From: Octopus vulgaris
Lineage: Eukaryota
Length of the DNA: 64,000 nt
Direction: 5' to 3'
Assembly: GCA_951406725.2 (NCBI GenBank)
Contig: OX597828.1
Location: 57,040,001 to 57,104,000, forward strand
Positions 62,992 to 64,000 of the stretch are shown one piece after another. Position 1 is the stretch's first letter. Each line of letters starts with the position of its first letter. The notes under the pieces are model-generated. The model searched no databases and was not told the DNA's origin. It was given only the letters and a program-made list of their open reading frames with translations. The translations under genes were made by a program, and so were the position numbers.

Positions 62992-64000
62992 TTAAATAGA
63001 GTCTGATGAAACAATAATGATATAGAGTAGAAGGAATAAAACAGTTGCTGACAAAATGGATTTGTCTAGCATCTGATGTTTTATTCGACATTTCTTAATG
63101 CGCCTTTTAGATTTTGTCTTAATAATTGGTTCATCTGCGTTTCCTATGATCCCGATTTTATTTTTCGATCCGTTTGTTTCTTGATCCTTTTCTGAAATTG
63201 TGTTGGCGCCAGACTCGTGGGCGAACAGTTTACACACAATTACAGAGCTGATAGAAGAAAAACCGCTTACAAGTGTCAGATTTAAGAGGTATATCAAATA
63301 TATAGAAGGTTCACGGGAATTATTACCCAGTTTTTTCTCAGTTTCAGAAAGATAAACTATATTTGCTAGAAAAACAGTAATTGCAACAGAAACTTTCTCT
63401 CCAGAAGAAGCCGGCAACACATACACAGATAAGATCAATAATGTTAACATAATTGGCGGTATAATTTTGGTAACTGTTGCACTAGAATATTTTCTTTTGC
63501 AGTACACAATAACTCCAGCTGTTATGATCTCCTGTTTTTCAACCTCGCTGTATTCATATCTATAATCCCATTGATTCGATATTGGCTTATAAGTTACTTC
63601 GTACAGAAAATAATCTAACATTATCTCCGTATTCATCTGGTGTTCAAAACAAACAGATATGTCACATTCGTGCTCATCAAAAGGATATTTATTAACGTTA
63701 ACCTTGCAGTAAGTATTGAAAATTCTGTCTATATGTAAGTGGACACTTCCGTCACTCTTTATCGTGACTCGCGAATTTTCATCAAATGTGAATTTACCTG
63801 TTACGCTGTTACATATTTGTACGTTAGGATACCACACTTTCTGTAAATCAACTTTTACATAGCTTATATTATTTTGTTCACGATTCCACATAAGATTAAC
63901 ATCATACCACAATAATCCAAGAATGAGATTACTTGTCATTATACCTTTCGTAATATCAAATTCAATAATGTTCTTTATTTTAAGCGATACATTTACGTAT
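62992..64000 (-). CDS. Chemotactile-receptor-like Cys-loop channel subunit, 5' end truncated by the window edge
   Basis: The frame stays open upstream of the listed Met (63939) to the window end and reads YVNVSLKIKNIIEFDITKGI-MTSNL, homologous to beta1-beta2 of the paralogues. WYPNVQICN; Cys-loop CKVNVNKYPFDEHEC; PASSGEKVSVAITVFLAN; 4 TM segments; stop at 62992. Confidence 0.95.
   Translation of the reverse strand, partial: YVNVSLKIKNIIEFDITKGIMTSNLILGLLWYDVNLMWNREQNNISYVKVDLQKVWYPNVQICNSVTGKFTFDENSRVTIKSDGSVHLHIDRIFNTYCKVNVNKYPFDEHECDISVCFEHQMNTEIMLDYFLYEVTYKPISNQWDYRYEYSEVEKQEIITAGVIVYCKRKYSSATVTKIIPPIMLTLLILSVYVLPASSGEKVSVAITVFLANIVYLSETEKKLGNNSREPSIYLIYLLNLTLVSGFSSISSVIVCKLFAHESGANTISEKDQETNGSKNKIGIIGNADEPIIKTKSKRRIKKCRIKHQMLDKSILSATVLFLLLYIIIVSSDSI

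Noticed and set aside
62992-63939. Met at 63939 as the true start codon
   Set aside because: No signal peptide, and the frame and homology continue to the window edge, so the gene starts outside the window.

Overview
AT-rich, microsatellite-dense eukaryotic DNA. The gene family and SINE content point to an octopus (coleoid cephalopod) genome, which is an inference. The window contains a tandem cluster of five single-coding-exon pentameric ligand-gated ion channel (Cys-loop, nAChR-like) subunit genes: 1683-2798 (+), 15925-17049 (-), 23255-24394 (-), 39398-40492 (-), and 62992-64000 (-, 5' end outside the window). All five lack the acetylcholine-binding aromatic box and the loop C vicinal cysteines but keep a cation-type pore. 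This matches the cephalopod chemotactile receptor (CR) / atypical AChR family. Four carry an extra cysteine pair in the ligand pocket. The fifth (1683-2798) is divergent and has lost both partners of the conserved gating salt bridge. The three complete minus-strand genes share short non-coding boxes upstream, a candidate shared CR regulatory code. Intergenic DNA is decayed mobile elements (Penelope-like, Helitron, Tc1/mariner, RTE, CR1-like, R4/Dong-like, Gypsy, tRNA-derived SINEs). It includes one canonical hammerhead ribozyme (54844-54956) and a ~400-bp palindrome carrying two back-to-back U3:A8-variant minimal hammerheads around three CRE octamers (60125-60532). Most short ORFs in the supplied track are microsatellite artefacts. 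Boundaries of decayed elements are approximate and all comparisons were made by eye.
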